Virus record (IMG/VR): IMGVR_UViG_3300048852_000108
Span: 1-49,188 of that record
Length of the DNA: 49,188 nucleotides
DNA from: a virus
Taxonomy: Duplodnaviria > Caudoviricetes
Strand: one strand, 5' to 3'
Below, piece by piece: positions 17,232 through 25,444 of this stretch (positions within the stretch are counted from its first letter, which is position 1; every line of letters starts with the position of its first letter). Below the pieces are notes generated by a model. It saw only the letters and a list, made by a program, of their open reading frames with translations, ran no database searches and had not been told where the DNA came from. The translations under genes and the position numbers were made by a program.

Positions 17232-19151
17232 ATGGCGTTCCTCACCGACAGCTTGCGGGCAGCCATCGCGGCATGCAACCCCTTCGCCCGTCGGGACCAT
17301 GCCCCGATGACGGTGCTCGGGGCGTTCCAGCACCAGCTCGCGTTCGCCGCCTATGCCTCATCCGGCATGCTCCGGAAGGTCATCGCGATTCCCGCCGACG
17401 ATCGGGTCCGGGAGTGGCGGGACTGGCAGGCCGACAAGGAAGCGATCGCCCTGATCGAGGCAGAGGAGCGACGGCTCCAGCTGCAGGCCAAGACCAAGCA
17501 GGCGGAGATCCTGCGCGGCATTGGCGGGGGCGCCATGATCCTGATCACGGCGGGCAGCCATTCCGAGCCGCTGACCCCGGACCAGATCAAGGCGGGCGGG
17601 CTCGTCGCGATCAACGTGGTGTCGCGCTGGCAAATCCAAGGCAAGGATTGGGTCACCGACCTTGCCGACCCGGCCTATGGCACGCCGCGCATGTTCTCGA
17701 TCAGCTCGAGCACGTCCGGCGAGCAGCTGATCCACCCCAGCCGCGTCGTAGCGTTTCGAGGCGAGCCGATCCCGATGGGCACCGGCGTCTCTATGGAGGA
17801 GGCGTATTGGGGCGACAGCCGGTTGCTGCGCGTCTTCACCGAGGTCGAGCGCAGCGATCAGACGCAGGCGTGGTTCGCGGCGCTGGTCCGAAAGGCGAAG
17901 TTGCTGCGCTTCGGCATCCCCAAGCTGAGCGACTTTACCGCTAGCGCCGAGGGTACGGCCAAGTTGATGAGCCGGGTTGCTCTAATCGCCGAGGGAGAGA
18001 ACTCACTGAACGCCTCGGTCTATGACATGGGCGATGGCGAAGGGGGTGCGAACCCTGGCGAGAAGATCGACGACTACCAAATCACCTGGGCGGGCATCCC
18101 GGCGGTGATGGACGCATTCGACCAGCGCGTCGCCGCGGTTGCGGATATCCCCTTCACCCGCCTGATGGGCCGATCGCCCGCGGGCATGAACGCTACCGGC
18201 GACCACGACACCGACAATTGGAACAAGATGGTCGCTTCGGGCCAGAAGCTCGAAACCCGGCCCTGCCTGGAGCAGATCGACCCGATCCTGTTGCGCAGCG
18301 CGGGTGTCGCCGCACCGGATGACGTAACCTGGCGCTTTGCCCCGCTCGATACCCCCACCGAGCAGGAGGAGGCCACCACCTTCAAGACCTCCATGGAAGC
18401 GATCGAAAAGCTGCAGAACACCGGCACGATCCCCGACGAGGCGTTTGCGAAGGGGGTGCAGAACTGGCTCGAGGAGCGGGAATATCTGCCCGGGCTTGGT
18501 GCCGCCTTGGCCGAAATCCCGGAGAACGAAAGGTTCGGGCTCGCCCCGGACGACGACGGCGACGATCCGTCGGTCTTGCAGGCGAAAGGAGGTGATCCGG
18601 ACGATCTGCCGGAGGGCGGAGCAGTGCCCCGTTCCGCCCGCCGTGCTGCCAATGACGCCGCGACCTGGCTCGCTGATGCGACGCCTCGCCCCCTCTACGT
18701 CCAGCGCAAGCTCCTCAATGCCGCGGACCTGATCGCATGGGCGAAGGCGAACGGGTTCGACACCACCCTGCCCGCGCCCGACATGCACGTCACCGTGCTC
18801 TACTCGCGCGCGCCGGTCGACCCGATGAAGATGGGCCGCGACTGGCGCGAGGACGAACAGGGCCGGATCACCGTTCGCCCCGGCGGCCCGCGCGTGATCG
18901 AGCGACTGGGCGAGAACGCGGTCGTGCTGCGGTTCGCTTCGCCTGACCTCGAATGGCGGCACAAGGACCTGGTCGAGGCCGGCGGGTCGCACGACTGGCC
19001 CGAATATGCCCCGCATGTGACGCTGAGCTACGCGGTTCCGGAGGGCGTCGATTTGGACGCCCTGAAACCGTTCAACGGCGAGCTGCGGTTCGGGCCGGAG
19101 ATTTTCGAGGCGCTGGACCTCGATTGGAAGCAGAAGGTGCGCGAGAAATGA
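17232..19151 (+). CDS. DUF1073-type portal protein fused to a C-terminal Acb1-like 2H phosphoesterase
   Basis: Portal motifs IHPSR, ADIP.TRL.GRSP.GMNATG and F.PL; C-terminal HVTVLYS and PHVTLSY (two HxT motifs). Confidence 0.9.
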   Translation: MAFLTDSLRAAIAACNPFARRDHAPMTVLGAFQHQLAFAAYASSGMLRKVIAIPADDRVREWRDWQADKEAIALIEAEERRLQLQAKTKQAEILRGIGGGAMILITAGSHSEPLTPDQIKAGGLVAINVVSRWQIQGKDWVTDLADPAYGTPRMFSISSSTSGEQLIHPSRVVAFRGEPIPMGTGVSMEEAYWGDSRLLRVFTEVERSDQTQAWFAALVRKAKLLRFGIPKLSDFTASAEGTAKLMSRVALIAEGENSLNASVYDMGDGEGGANPGEKIDDYQITWAGIPAVMDAFDQRVAAVADIPFTRLMGRSPAGMNATGDHDTDNWNKMVASGQKLETRPCLEQIDPILLRSAGVAAPDDVTWRFAPLDTPTEQEEATTFKTSMEAIEKLQNTGTIPDEAFAKGVQNWLEEREYLPGLGAALAEIPENERFGLAPDDDGDDPSVLQAKGGDPDDLPEGGAVPRSARRAANDAATWLADATPRPLYVQRKLLNAADLIAWAKANGFDTTLPAPDMHVTVLYSRAPVDPMKMGRDWREDEQGRITVRPGGPRVIERLGENAVVLRFASPDLEWRHKDLVEAGGSHDWPEYAPHVTLSYAVPEGVDLDALKPFNGELRFGPEIFEALDLDWKQKVREK

Positions 19152-19426
19152 CCGGACTGCGTTACCTCGACCAAGTGTTGGTTGGCGATCACCTGCGGGT
19201 GGGCGAGCTATGCGTCGCGCAAGACATAATCACCCACCGGCGTTGGTGGCAGTTCTGGCGCCCCCGGTGGTGGTCAGAGCAGCGGATGTGCCTTGTGTTG
19301 GCGGATCGCTCGCTGCTCGACGTTACACCACTTCTACGTGCCGAGCATCAACCAAGCGGGAAGGTAATATGTCGCGCGCTTGCTGAAATCGACCGCAATT
19401 CGAAGTCGAAGGTGGGCGAGGAATGA
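19148..19426 (+). CDS. Hypothetical protein (RRWWQFW motif)
   Basis: ATGA-coupled to the portal stop. Confidence 0.55.
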   Translation: MTGLRYLDQVLVGDHLRVGELCVAQDIITHRRWWQFWRPRWWSEQRMCLVLADRSLLDVTPLLRAEHQPSGKVICRALAEIDRNSKSKVGEE

Positions 19427-19512
19427 CGTGGCTCCTCTATTCACTCGCAGCCTATGGCGCCATCAACCTGATTGAGCTGGTGGCGAGGGCAGCGCTGCGC
19501 TGGCGCGCGTGA
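19423..19512 (+). CDS. 29-aa hydrophobic peptide
   Basis: MTWLLYSLAAYGAINLIELVARAALRWRA; ATGA and TGATG overlaps on both sides. Confidence 0.5.
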   Translation: MTWLLYSLAAYGAINLIELVARAALRWRA

Positions 19513-20420
19513 TGCGCTTCTCGCTAGCCGTCCTCACCCGCCGCACCCGCAACCCGCGGCGCGCGCAGATCGTGCTCCGCGACATCGTGCCGCCGGCCAC
19601 GCTTGCGACCGACCTGTACCGCTCGGTCTATCTGCCCGTCGTGCAGGTCTGGGAGCGCGCGATTCCACCGTTCGTCGCAGAATACGAGCGAACGCTGGCC
19701 AAAATGACAGCCGATGCCTATGCGCGCCGCGAGACGAGTTCGGTCACTACGGACAGCTCCGGTGTTCGGATTCGTCTCACCGACTCCCCCGATGATCTCC
19801 AAGCCCGCCTGGACGCCGCCAGCTCGGAGGTCGAACGGCTGTTCATCCTGCTCGATGCGGCCCTGCGCGACTGGGGCGTGCGTGTAGAGCGCTGGCAGCG
19901 TGAGAAGTGGCGAGGCGCCGTCCTTAGCGCGACGGGCGTCGACGTCGCCACGCTGATCGGCCCCGAGGACATGCGCGACACGGTCAGCACCTATCTGCGC
20001 TGGAACGCCGCCCTGGTGCGCGACGTCTCGGCGCAGGCCCGGCAGCGGATCAGCAATGCGGTGTTCGCTGGGCTCCAGAACCGCACACCGGTGCGCGAGG
20101 TGGCGAAGCAGATCAGCGAGGCCACGGGCATGGCGCGCGATCGGTCGAAGCGAGTCGCGGCGGATCAGCTCAACAAGATCACTTCCGCGCTGGCGGATGA
20201 GCGGCGGCGCGAGGCTGGGATCGACGTCTGGAAATGGCGGCACAGCGGCAAGCGGCATCCGCGCGAGACGCACCTGGCGCGCAACGGGAAGCTCTATGCG
20301 GATACGCCGGCGGGCGCGGATGCGGAGATCAGCGCGCCGCCTGAGGATCGGCCCGGGCAGCTACCGTATTGCGGGTGTCGGGCCCAGGCTGTGTTGGTGT
20401 TACCCCAAGGCAGTGATTGA
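19512..20420 (+). CDS. Minor head morphogenesis protein (Mu F / SPP1 gp7-like)
   Basis: A.DQ.NK, GI..WKWRHS...R..H..RNG and PGQLPYCGC.A motifs. Confidence 0.88.
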   Translation: MRFSLAVLTRRTRNPRRAQIVLRDIVPPATLATDLYRSVYLPVVQVWERAIPPFVAEYERTLAKMTADAYARRETSSVTTDSSGVRIRLTDSPDDLQARLDAASSEVERLFILLDAALRDWGVRVERWQREKWRGAVLSATGVDVATLIGPEDMRDTVSTYLRWNAALVRDVSAQARQRISNAVFAGLQNRTPVREVAKQISEATGMARDRSKRVAADQLNKITSALADERRREAGIDVWKWRHSGKRHPRETHLARNGKLYADTPAGADAEISAPPEDRPGQLPYCGCRAQAVLVLPQGSD

Positions 20421-20445
20421 CCGCATTTCTGTTTCGCGATAGACA
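20417..20445 (+). promoter_or_regulatory. Sigma70-type promoter of the small-peptide transcript
   Basis: TTGACC-N17-TAGACA. Confidence 0.55.
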
Positions 20446-20576
20446 GTGTTCGACGGCGCGAGGCTCAGACAGTTCACTCGCCGGGGTTCAGACAGCTCAC
20501 CCAGCCGCCAAAACCATCATCTGCGCAGATTACCGTCACCGATTGTGGCGCCACGATCTACATGAAAGGTTCGCAC

Positions 20577-20663
20577 ATGCGACCGGACATTAAGATCGAG
20601 TTGAAGTTTGACCTCACGGCGGCAATTATCTTTATTGTCTGCTTGATTCTGTTCGGATTCTAA
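20577..20663 (+). CDS. 28-aa membrane peptide (type I toxin-like)
   Basis: MRPDIKIELKFDLTAAIIFIVCLILFGF; GAAAGG upstream. Confidence 0.6.
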   Translation: MRPDIKIELKFDLTAAIIFIVCLILFGF

Positions 20664-20666
20664 ATG

Positions 20667-20695
20667 GCAGTCGGGGCCGAGAAGGCTCCGACTGC
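20667..20695 (+). terminator. 12-bp stem-loop after the peptide ORF
   Basis: GCAGTCGGGGCC-GAGAA-GGCTCCGACTGC; no clear U-tract. Confidence 0.55.
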
Positions 20696-20817
20696 ACCGC
20701 ACGATCGGGGGATCGAGATGGCTGATAATCACACACCGCATTACATCGCACCGAGAGGGCCTGACGAGACGTCCGGGTTAATCGCCTCGAAGGCGACAAG
20801 CTGATGCCGGTACCGGC

Positions 20818-21102
20818 ATGACCCCGCTCGAACGCGCCGCCCGCGTCCTCTGCGATCTCGCCGGCCGCGACCCTGATGAAGTCTGCGTCGGCGAGGGAAA
20901 CGCTGTCGGGCAGACGTGGATGGGCTGGGAAGCATTCGTGGAGAACGCCCGCGACGTCATCGCTGCGATCCGGGAGCCGAGCGAGGAGATGCGACTGGCC
21001 GGCATCGGGGCGATGAAGAGAAGTGCCAATCCTGGTCTGGACCATCACGACATGCACGTTGGCTTTACCGCTATGATCGACGCGCTGCTCGAGGAACAGT
21101 GA
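20818..21102 (+). CDS. Hypothetical phage protein
   Basis: ERAARVLC...AIREPSEEM...AMIDA.L pattern common in alphaproteobacterial phages. Confidence 0.7.
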   Translation: MTPLERAARVLCDLAGRDPDEVCVGEGNAVGQTWMGWEAFVENARDVIAAIREPSEEMRLAGIGAMKRSANPGLDHHDMHVGFTAMIDALLEEQ

Positions 21103-21104
21103 GA

Positions 21105-21356
21105 ATGGATATTCGCCAACATTTGGACGCTCTTCTTGCTCATGCCGCTGAATTGGGTCGCGTTCCGCAGCGCTTCGTAGTGCGTGAGGAAGACTGGGGG
21201 GAGTTGGCCAGCCGATACCACTTGGACCCCGATCCCAAGACCGAGGGGGTGATGCAATATTGCGGTGTTCTAGTAGAGTTTGGGCAGGTCAGTCAGCGGA
21301 TGATTGCCGCTCTTTACGACACTAATGGTGAGGCGCTGCTGGAAGAGTGGCAATGA
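21105..21356 (+). CDS. Hypothetical protein
   Basis: GAGG RBS; coupled to the next gene. Confidence 0.55.
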   Translation: MDIRQHLDALLAHAAELGRVPQRFVVREEDWGELASRYHLDPDPKTEGVMQYCGVLVEFGQVSQRMIAALYDTNGEALLEEWQ

Positions 21357-21556
21357 TCCCCTGGCGCCCAATCTCCGAGCTGCCTGACACGCTCAAAGAG
21401 GGCTTCCGAGTGGTGCTGCTTTGGGACCGTCAGCATGGTGTCAACGTTGGCCAATTCGAGCCGGAGTCTATGACCGGAGCGGGATGGAAGACGGTGATCG
21501 ATAGTCATCCGCTCGATGATGTAACGCACTTCGCCGAGATCAACGCGCCTCAATAA
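21353..21556 (+). CDS. DUF551-like small protein
   Basis: WRPISELP...VTHF.E pattern. Confidence 0.6.
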   Translation: MIPWRPISELPDTLKEGFRVVLLWDRQHGVNVGQFEPESMTGAGWKTVIDSHPLDDVTHFAEINAPQ

Positions 21557-21560
21557 GCGC

Positions 21561-21634
21561 TGCCCGCTCGTCTAACGGTAGGACATCGGCCTTTGAAGCC
21601 GTGAATGCTGGTTCGATCCCAGCGCGGGCATCCA
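21561..21634 (+). tRNA. trnQ: tRNA-Gln (UUG)
   Basis: Acceptor stem TGCCCGC/GCGGGCA, D-arm, anticodon loop CT-TTG-AA, T-arm GCTGG-TTCGATC-CCAGC, encoded CCA. Confidence 0.92.
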
Positions 21635-21639
21635 GCTTC

Positions 21640-21679
21640 CTGACGGCGGTAACCGCCCGCAGCAAGCCCCGATACCTCG
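21640..21679 (+). promoter_or_regulatory. Late promoter motif copy 2 (protease/capsid operon)
   Basis: CTGACGGCGGTAAC; TACCTC at +33; ATG at +46. Confidence 0.75.
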
Positions 21680-21685
21680 TCGGGC

Positions 21686-22846
21686 ATGTTGCTGCACGAC
21701 GCACTCACGCTCGACGCGCCCCGGCGAACTCGCGATGGCTATCTCGCCGTTCGGGCCAAGGCCGCGCGCACGGGAGTCTACCAGTACGGCGGCCGTGAGA
21801 TCGATCCGGACAATAAGCACGGGCTGCGTGACACTGCCGTAGTCAACGTCCTTCGCGACGAACAGACGGTGTTCGACGAGGCTTCGGTCGGTTCGTTCAT
21901 CGGCAAGCCGATTACCGACGATCACCCCACCGTTCCCGTCACCGCGGCGAACTGGAAGGACCACGCGCGCGGCACCATCATGGGCGCGAAGTGGGAGCCG
22001 GGCGGTTACCTCGCGTTCGACCTCCTCCTGACCGACGCGGACGCGATCGCGAAGGTAGACGGCGGCAAGCGCGAGCTCTCCAACGGATACGACGCCGGGC
22101 TTGAGTTCGGCGAGTTCAAGGCGGCCGACGGCACGATCTGCCAGGCGCGCCAAACCAGCATCAGGGGCAATCACATCGCCCTCGTCGATCGCGGCCGTGC
22201 AGGCCCCGAGTGCCGGATCGCGGACGCGGAGGTTCAGCCCTTCGCGGTGTGCGACGCCAACCCCGAGGCGGTGGCTCGCCTCTCTTACCAGGAGAAGACC
22301 GTGAAGAAGATCACGCTCGACGGCCTGCAGGTCGATCTTTCGGACGCGGATGCCGTCGCAGCCGCGATCGAGAAGCTGCAGGGACAGGTCGCCGACAAGG
22401 CAACCGCACTGACCGCCGCGGAGACGCAGGTCGCCATGCTCACAACCGACAAGGCCACGCTCGAGGCGAAGGTGACGACGCTGGAGACGCAGCTCGCCGA
22501 CGCCAAGCTCACGCCGCAGCAGCTGCGCGATGCCGCCAAGGCGTTCCAGGTCGTTGCCGATAAGGCGAAGGCGCTCGGTGTCGCCGTCTCGGACGAGATG
22601 GACGAGGCCGCGATCATGAAGGCGGCCGTTACGGCCAAGGTCGGCGATGCCGCAGATGGCTGGAACGACGCGCAGATCGCCGCTTCGTTCGCGACGCTCA
22701 CCAAGGACGCGAAGGTGCAGGACGGCAACGTCGTTCAGCCCATCGGCCAGCCCTCAACCATCGCTGATGGCGCTGCTGCCGCCAACGAGGCTCGCAATCA
22801 GATGATTGCGGACATGGTGAACCCGAACGCGGCGAAGGCCGCCTGA
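21686..22846 (+). CDS. DUF2213 prohead protease/scaffold
   Basis: DGYL..ARTGVY.Y, GKPIT.DHP, RELS.GY and NHIALVDRGRAG motifs; coiled-coil C-terminus. Confidence 0.9.
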   Translation: MLLHDALTLDAPRRTRDGYLAVRAKAARTGVYQYGGREIDPDNKHGLRDTAVVNVLRDEQTVFDEASVGSFIGKPITDDHPTVPVTAANWKDHARGTIMGAKWEPGGYLAFDLLLTDADAIAKVDGGKRELSNGYDAGLEFGEFKAADGTICQARQTSIRGNHIALVDRGRAGPECRIADAEVQPFAVCDANPEAVARLSYQEKTVKKITLDGLQVDLSDADAVAAAIEKLQGQVADKATALTAAETQVAMLTTDKATLEAKVTTLETQLADAKLTPQQLRDAAKAFQVVADKAKALGVAVSDEMDEAAIMKAAVTAKVGDAADGWNDAQIAASFATLTKDAKVQDGNVVQPIGQPSTIADGAAAANEARNQMIADMVNPNAAKAA

Positions 22847-22857
22847 GGAGGACGGAA

Positions 22858-23361
22858 ATGGCAACTTTTCAGACGACCTACGAAGCCAATCCTCCGATCG
22901 GGCTTAAGGGCCAGATCGCCAACGAGGAAAAGCACAACCAGATCAGCCGGACGGTGTCGAACGCCGAAGGCATCAAGTTCGGCGCTCCAGGCTTCCGCGT
23001 CGCCGGCGCGGGGAATGATCATGTGGTTGCCGCAACCGGCGCGGTCGAGGACTTCCTCGGTCTGGCCGTGCTCACTGGTGCCGTGCCTCCCGTGGCTCCA
23101 GGCTCCACTTTGGTCGACGGATACCCGCAGCACTTCACCGGCGCGTTCATGACCGACGGCCAGATGTACGTCGAGGCAGGCGGCGCCGTCGCTCCGGGCG
23201 ATGCGGTGTATTACGCCGCCGCGACCGACCAGTACTTTAACGCCGCCGCTGCGGGCCGTGTCGGTCCGCTGCCCCGCGTCGTGTTCGACACCACCGCAAC
23301 TGCCGCAGGCCAGATGGTCGAGCTCTCGCTCAACCACCGCGTCGTGCCGGCCGCAGCATAA
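22858..23361 (+). CDS. Head decoration/cement protein
   Basis: Between protease and capsid genes; I.FG...G.MYV...AV.PGD.VY pattern. Confidence 0.8.
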   Translation: MATFQTTYEANPPIGLKGQIANEEKHNQISRTVSNAEGIKFGAPGFRVAGAGNDHVVAATGAVEDFLGLAVLTGAVPPVAPGSTLVDGYPQHFTGAFMTDGQMYVEAGGAVAPGDAVYYAAATDQYFNAAAAGRVGPLPRVVFDTTATAAGQMVELSLNHRVVPAAA

Positions 23362-23374
23362 AGGAGCGCTGAGC

Positions 23375-24322
23375 ATGCAGCAGATTTTCGCAGACGCGCA
23401 GGCCGCGTTCCCCTTCGTGATCGCGCAAGGCCGCAACATCGAAACGCGGATCTACAAGAAGCGCTATCCCACCTACAATTATGCCCAGCTGGTGCCCATC
23501 GTCACCGAAGGTCAGCCATGGGCGATCGGCACCACCTTCTTCACGATCGACGTTGCCGGTCAGGCCAAAATCATCTCCGGCAAGGGCACTGACGTTCCGT
23601 TCGTGTCCTCCAAGCGCGGCCAGGCCAGTCACGACTTCTGGATGATCGGTGCCGGCTGGGAGTGGACCCTCGAGGAGATCAACCAGGCGGCCCTCTACGG
23701 CATCAACCTGTCGGCCACCGACGCCGATAGCGCTTCGAACGCGGTGGAGCGCAAGCTCTACGAGACCTTCGTGCGCGGCGAGCCTGAGAAGGACGCGACC
23801 GGGTTCATCAACGATCCGAACGTCGCCATTCTCGATGCTGCGCAGCCCTTTGAGGGTGCGACGCCTGCTCAGGCCGCGGCCATCGTCAACGACGCTCTGT
23901 CGCAGGTGCGGTCGCAGACCAACGAGGTCGAATGGGCGGACACCGTGGCATTCCCCCCTGCGGTTCTTCGTCAGCTGGCGACACAGTCGCAGGGTGCCGG
24001 CGACGGCACGCTGTCGGTGCTGGAGTACATCCGCCGCAACAACGTCTACACCAGCGAAAACAATGGCGCCGCGCTGAACATCGTCAGCACCCGCGAGCTG
24101 GCTGATGCAGGCGTCGATGGTGACGGCCGCATGGTCGTCTACCGCCGCGACGAGGAAGTCCTCCGTGGTCACCTTCCGCTGCCGCGCCGCGTGCTCGACC
24201 CTCGTCAGGCTTCCTTGATGGGCTACGAGCAGGGCATCATTGCCCGCACCGGTGGCACTGAGGTGCGCCTGCCTGGCGCGATGCTCTACGTCGACGGCGT
24301 GTCGGCGGCTCCGGCGCCTTGA
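23375..24322 (+). CDS. Major capsid protein (DUF2184 family)
   Basis: AAGGAG RBS; WT.EE..QA, G.IN.PNV, RMVVY and GG.EVR.P.A..Y.DG motifs. Confidence 0.9.
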   Translation: MQQIFADAQAAFPFVIAQGRNIETRIYKKRYPTYNYAQLVPIVTEGQPWAIGTTFFTIDVAGQAKIISGKGTDVPFVSSKRGQASHDFWMIGAGWEWTLEEINQAALYGINLSATDADSASNAVERKLYETFVRGEPEKDATGFINDPNVAILDAAQPFEGATPAQAAAIVNDALSQVRSQTNEVEWADTVAFPPAVLRQLATQSQGAGDGTLSVLEYIRRNNVYTSENNGAALNIVSTRELADAGVDGDGRMVVYRRDEEVLRGHLPLPRRVLDPRQASLMGYEQGIIARTGGTEVRLPGAMLYVDGVSAAPAP

Positions 24323-24324
24323 TC

Positions 24325-24654
24325 ATGGCGAGGGTCACAAACAGCGGCCGCTCGCCGCGCGGCATCCGCACGAGCGCCGGGCTGCGTTGGATCAAACCCG
24401 GCAGTTCGATCGAGGCCGAATTCGATGGCGAGTATCTGGCGCGTCTCGCGAGCCGGAAGGGCTTCGAAGTCAAGGGTCAGCCCTCGATCGAACCCGGCCC
24501 GCTGGATCAGAGCGTCGAAAAGCTCACGGCGTATCTCGAGACCGTTACCGACGCCGACGAGGTCCAGAAGCTGATCGACGCCGAGACCGCGGGCAAGTCG
24601 CGGGCCGGCGCCATCGCGGCTCTCGAAGCGCGCCGGGACGCGCTGCTCGCCTAA
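24325..24654 (+). CDS. Capsid-associated hypothetical protein
   Basis: Follows the capsid gene; C-terminal AE..GK.R.GAI.ALE.R motif. Confidence 0.7.
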   Translation: MARVTNSGRSPRGIRTSAGLRWIKPGSSIEAEFDGEYLARLASRKGFEVKGQPSIEPGPLDQSVEKLTAYLETVTDADEVQKLIDAETAGKSRAGAIAALEARRDALLA

Positions 24655-24677
24655 CCAATTCCTCCCGTGGAACCCTG

Positions 24678-24706
24678 GGCCGCCTCAGCAATGGGGCGGC
24701 CTTTTT
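24678..24706 (+). terminator. Rho-independent terminator of the capsid operon
   Basis: GGCCGCCTCA-GCAA-TGGGGCGGCC followed by TTTTT. Confidence 0.85.
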
Positions 24707-24711
24707 CACAT

Positions 24712-24751
24712 CTGACGGCGGTAACTCGTCGCTCCCCTGCCCGCCATGGTG
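24712..24751 (+). promoter_or_regulatory. Late promoter motif copy 3
   Basis: CTGACGGCGGTAAC directly after the terminator; CATGGT at +33. Confidence 0.7.
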
Positions 24752-24787
24752 CTGCCCGATCCCTTAGCGTTCGGGCGAGGAGACCCC

Positions 24788-25441
24788 ATGGCCGACAACA
24801 TCACCGCACCCGCCACCGGCGCTGTTCTAGCGACGGACGAGATCGGCAACACCCACTACCCTCGCAGCAAAGTGGGGTTTGGCGCCGATGGCGTTTACAA
24901 CGATGTGAGCGCGGACGCACCGCTCCCTGTCGCGATCGTTGCGGGCGGCAGCAGCGGCGACGCAACTGCCGCGCTCCAGACTGCCGGCAACGACCTGCTG
25001 GCCAGCATCCTCGCCGCGACCGACACGCTGGAAACGCTGATCGGTCAGGTCAATGCCACGCTGGCGGACGCGGAATACTATCCGCCCACCCAGCCGGTGA
25101 GCGCCGCCGCCCTTCCCCTCCCCGCTGGGGCCGCCACCAGCGCCAAGCAGGACAACGTGATTGCCGCGATCGCGACGATCGGCACCCGGGCATACGGCGC
25201 CGGGATCGCGCGCGTGGCCATCGGCGCATCGGACAACCCTACGTCCGGTCTGGCGGCGACCGAGGTCATGCTGCACGCGAGCGCTCGCTGCTTCGTGCGC
25301 GTCGGCGCCGCCGCGACAATCAACGACATTCCATTGGAAGCGGGCGAGAAGTTCACACTGCGTCTGAACTCTGGGCAGCAGATCCACGTCATTGGTGACA
25401 CTGACTCGACCGGCTTCCTCAACGTCGTTCCGGTGGCCTGA
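24788..25441 (+). CDS. Putative virion (head spike base-like) protein
   Basis: GAGGAG RBS; beta-rich C-terminal domain; lies in the head module. Confidence 0.6.
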   Translation: MADNITAPATGAVLATDEIGNTHYPRSKVGFGADGVYNDVSADAPLPVAIVAGGSSGDATAALQTAGNDLLASILAATDTLETLIGQVNATLADAEYYPPTQPVSAAALPLPAGAATSAKQDNVIAAIATIGTRAYGAGIARVAIGASDNPTSGLAATEVMLHASARCFVRVGAAATINDIPLEAGEKFTLRLNSGQQIHVIGDTDSTGFLNVVPVA

Positions 25442-25444
25442 TTC

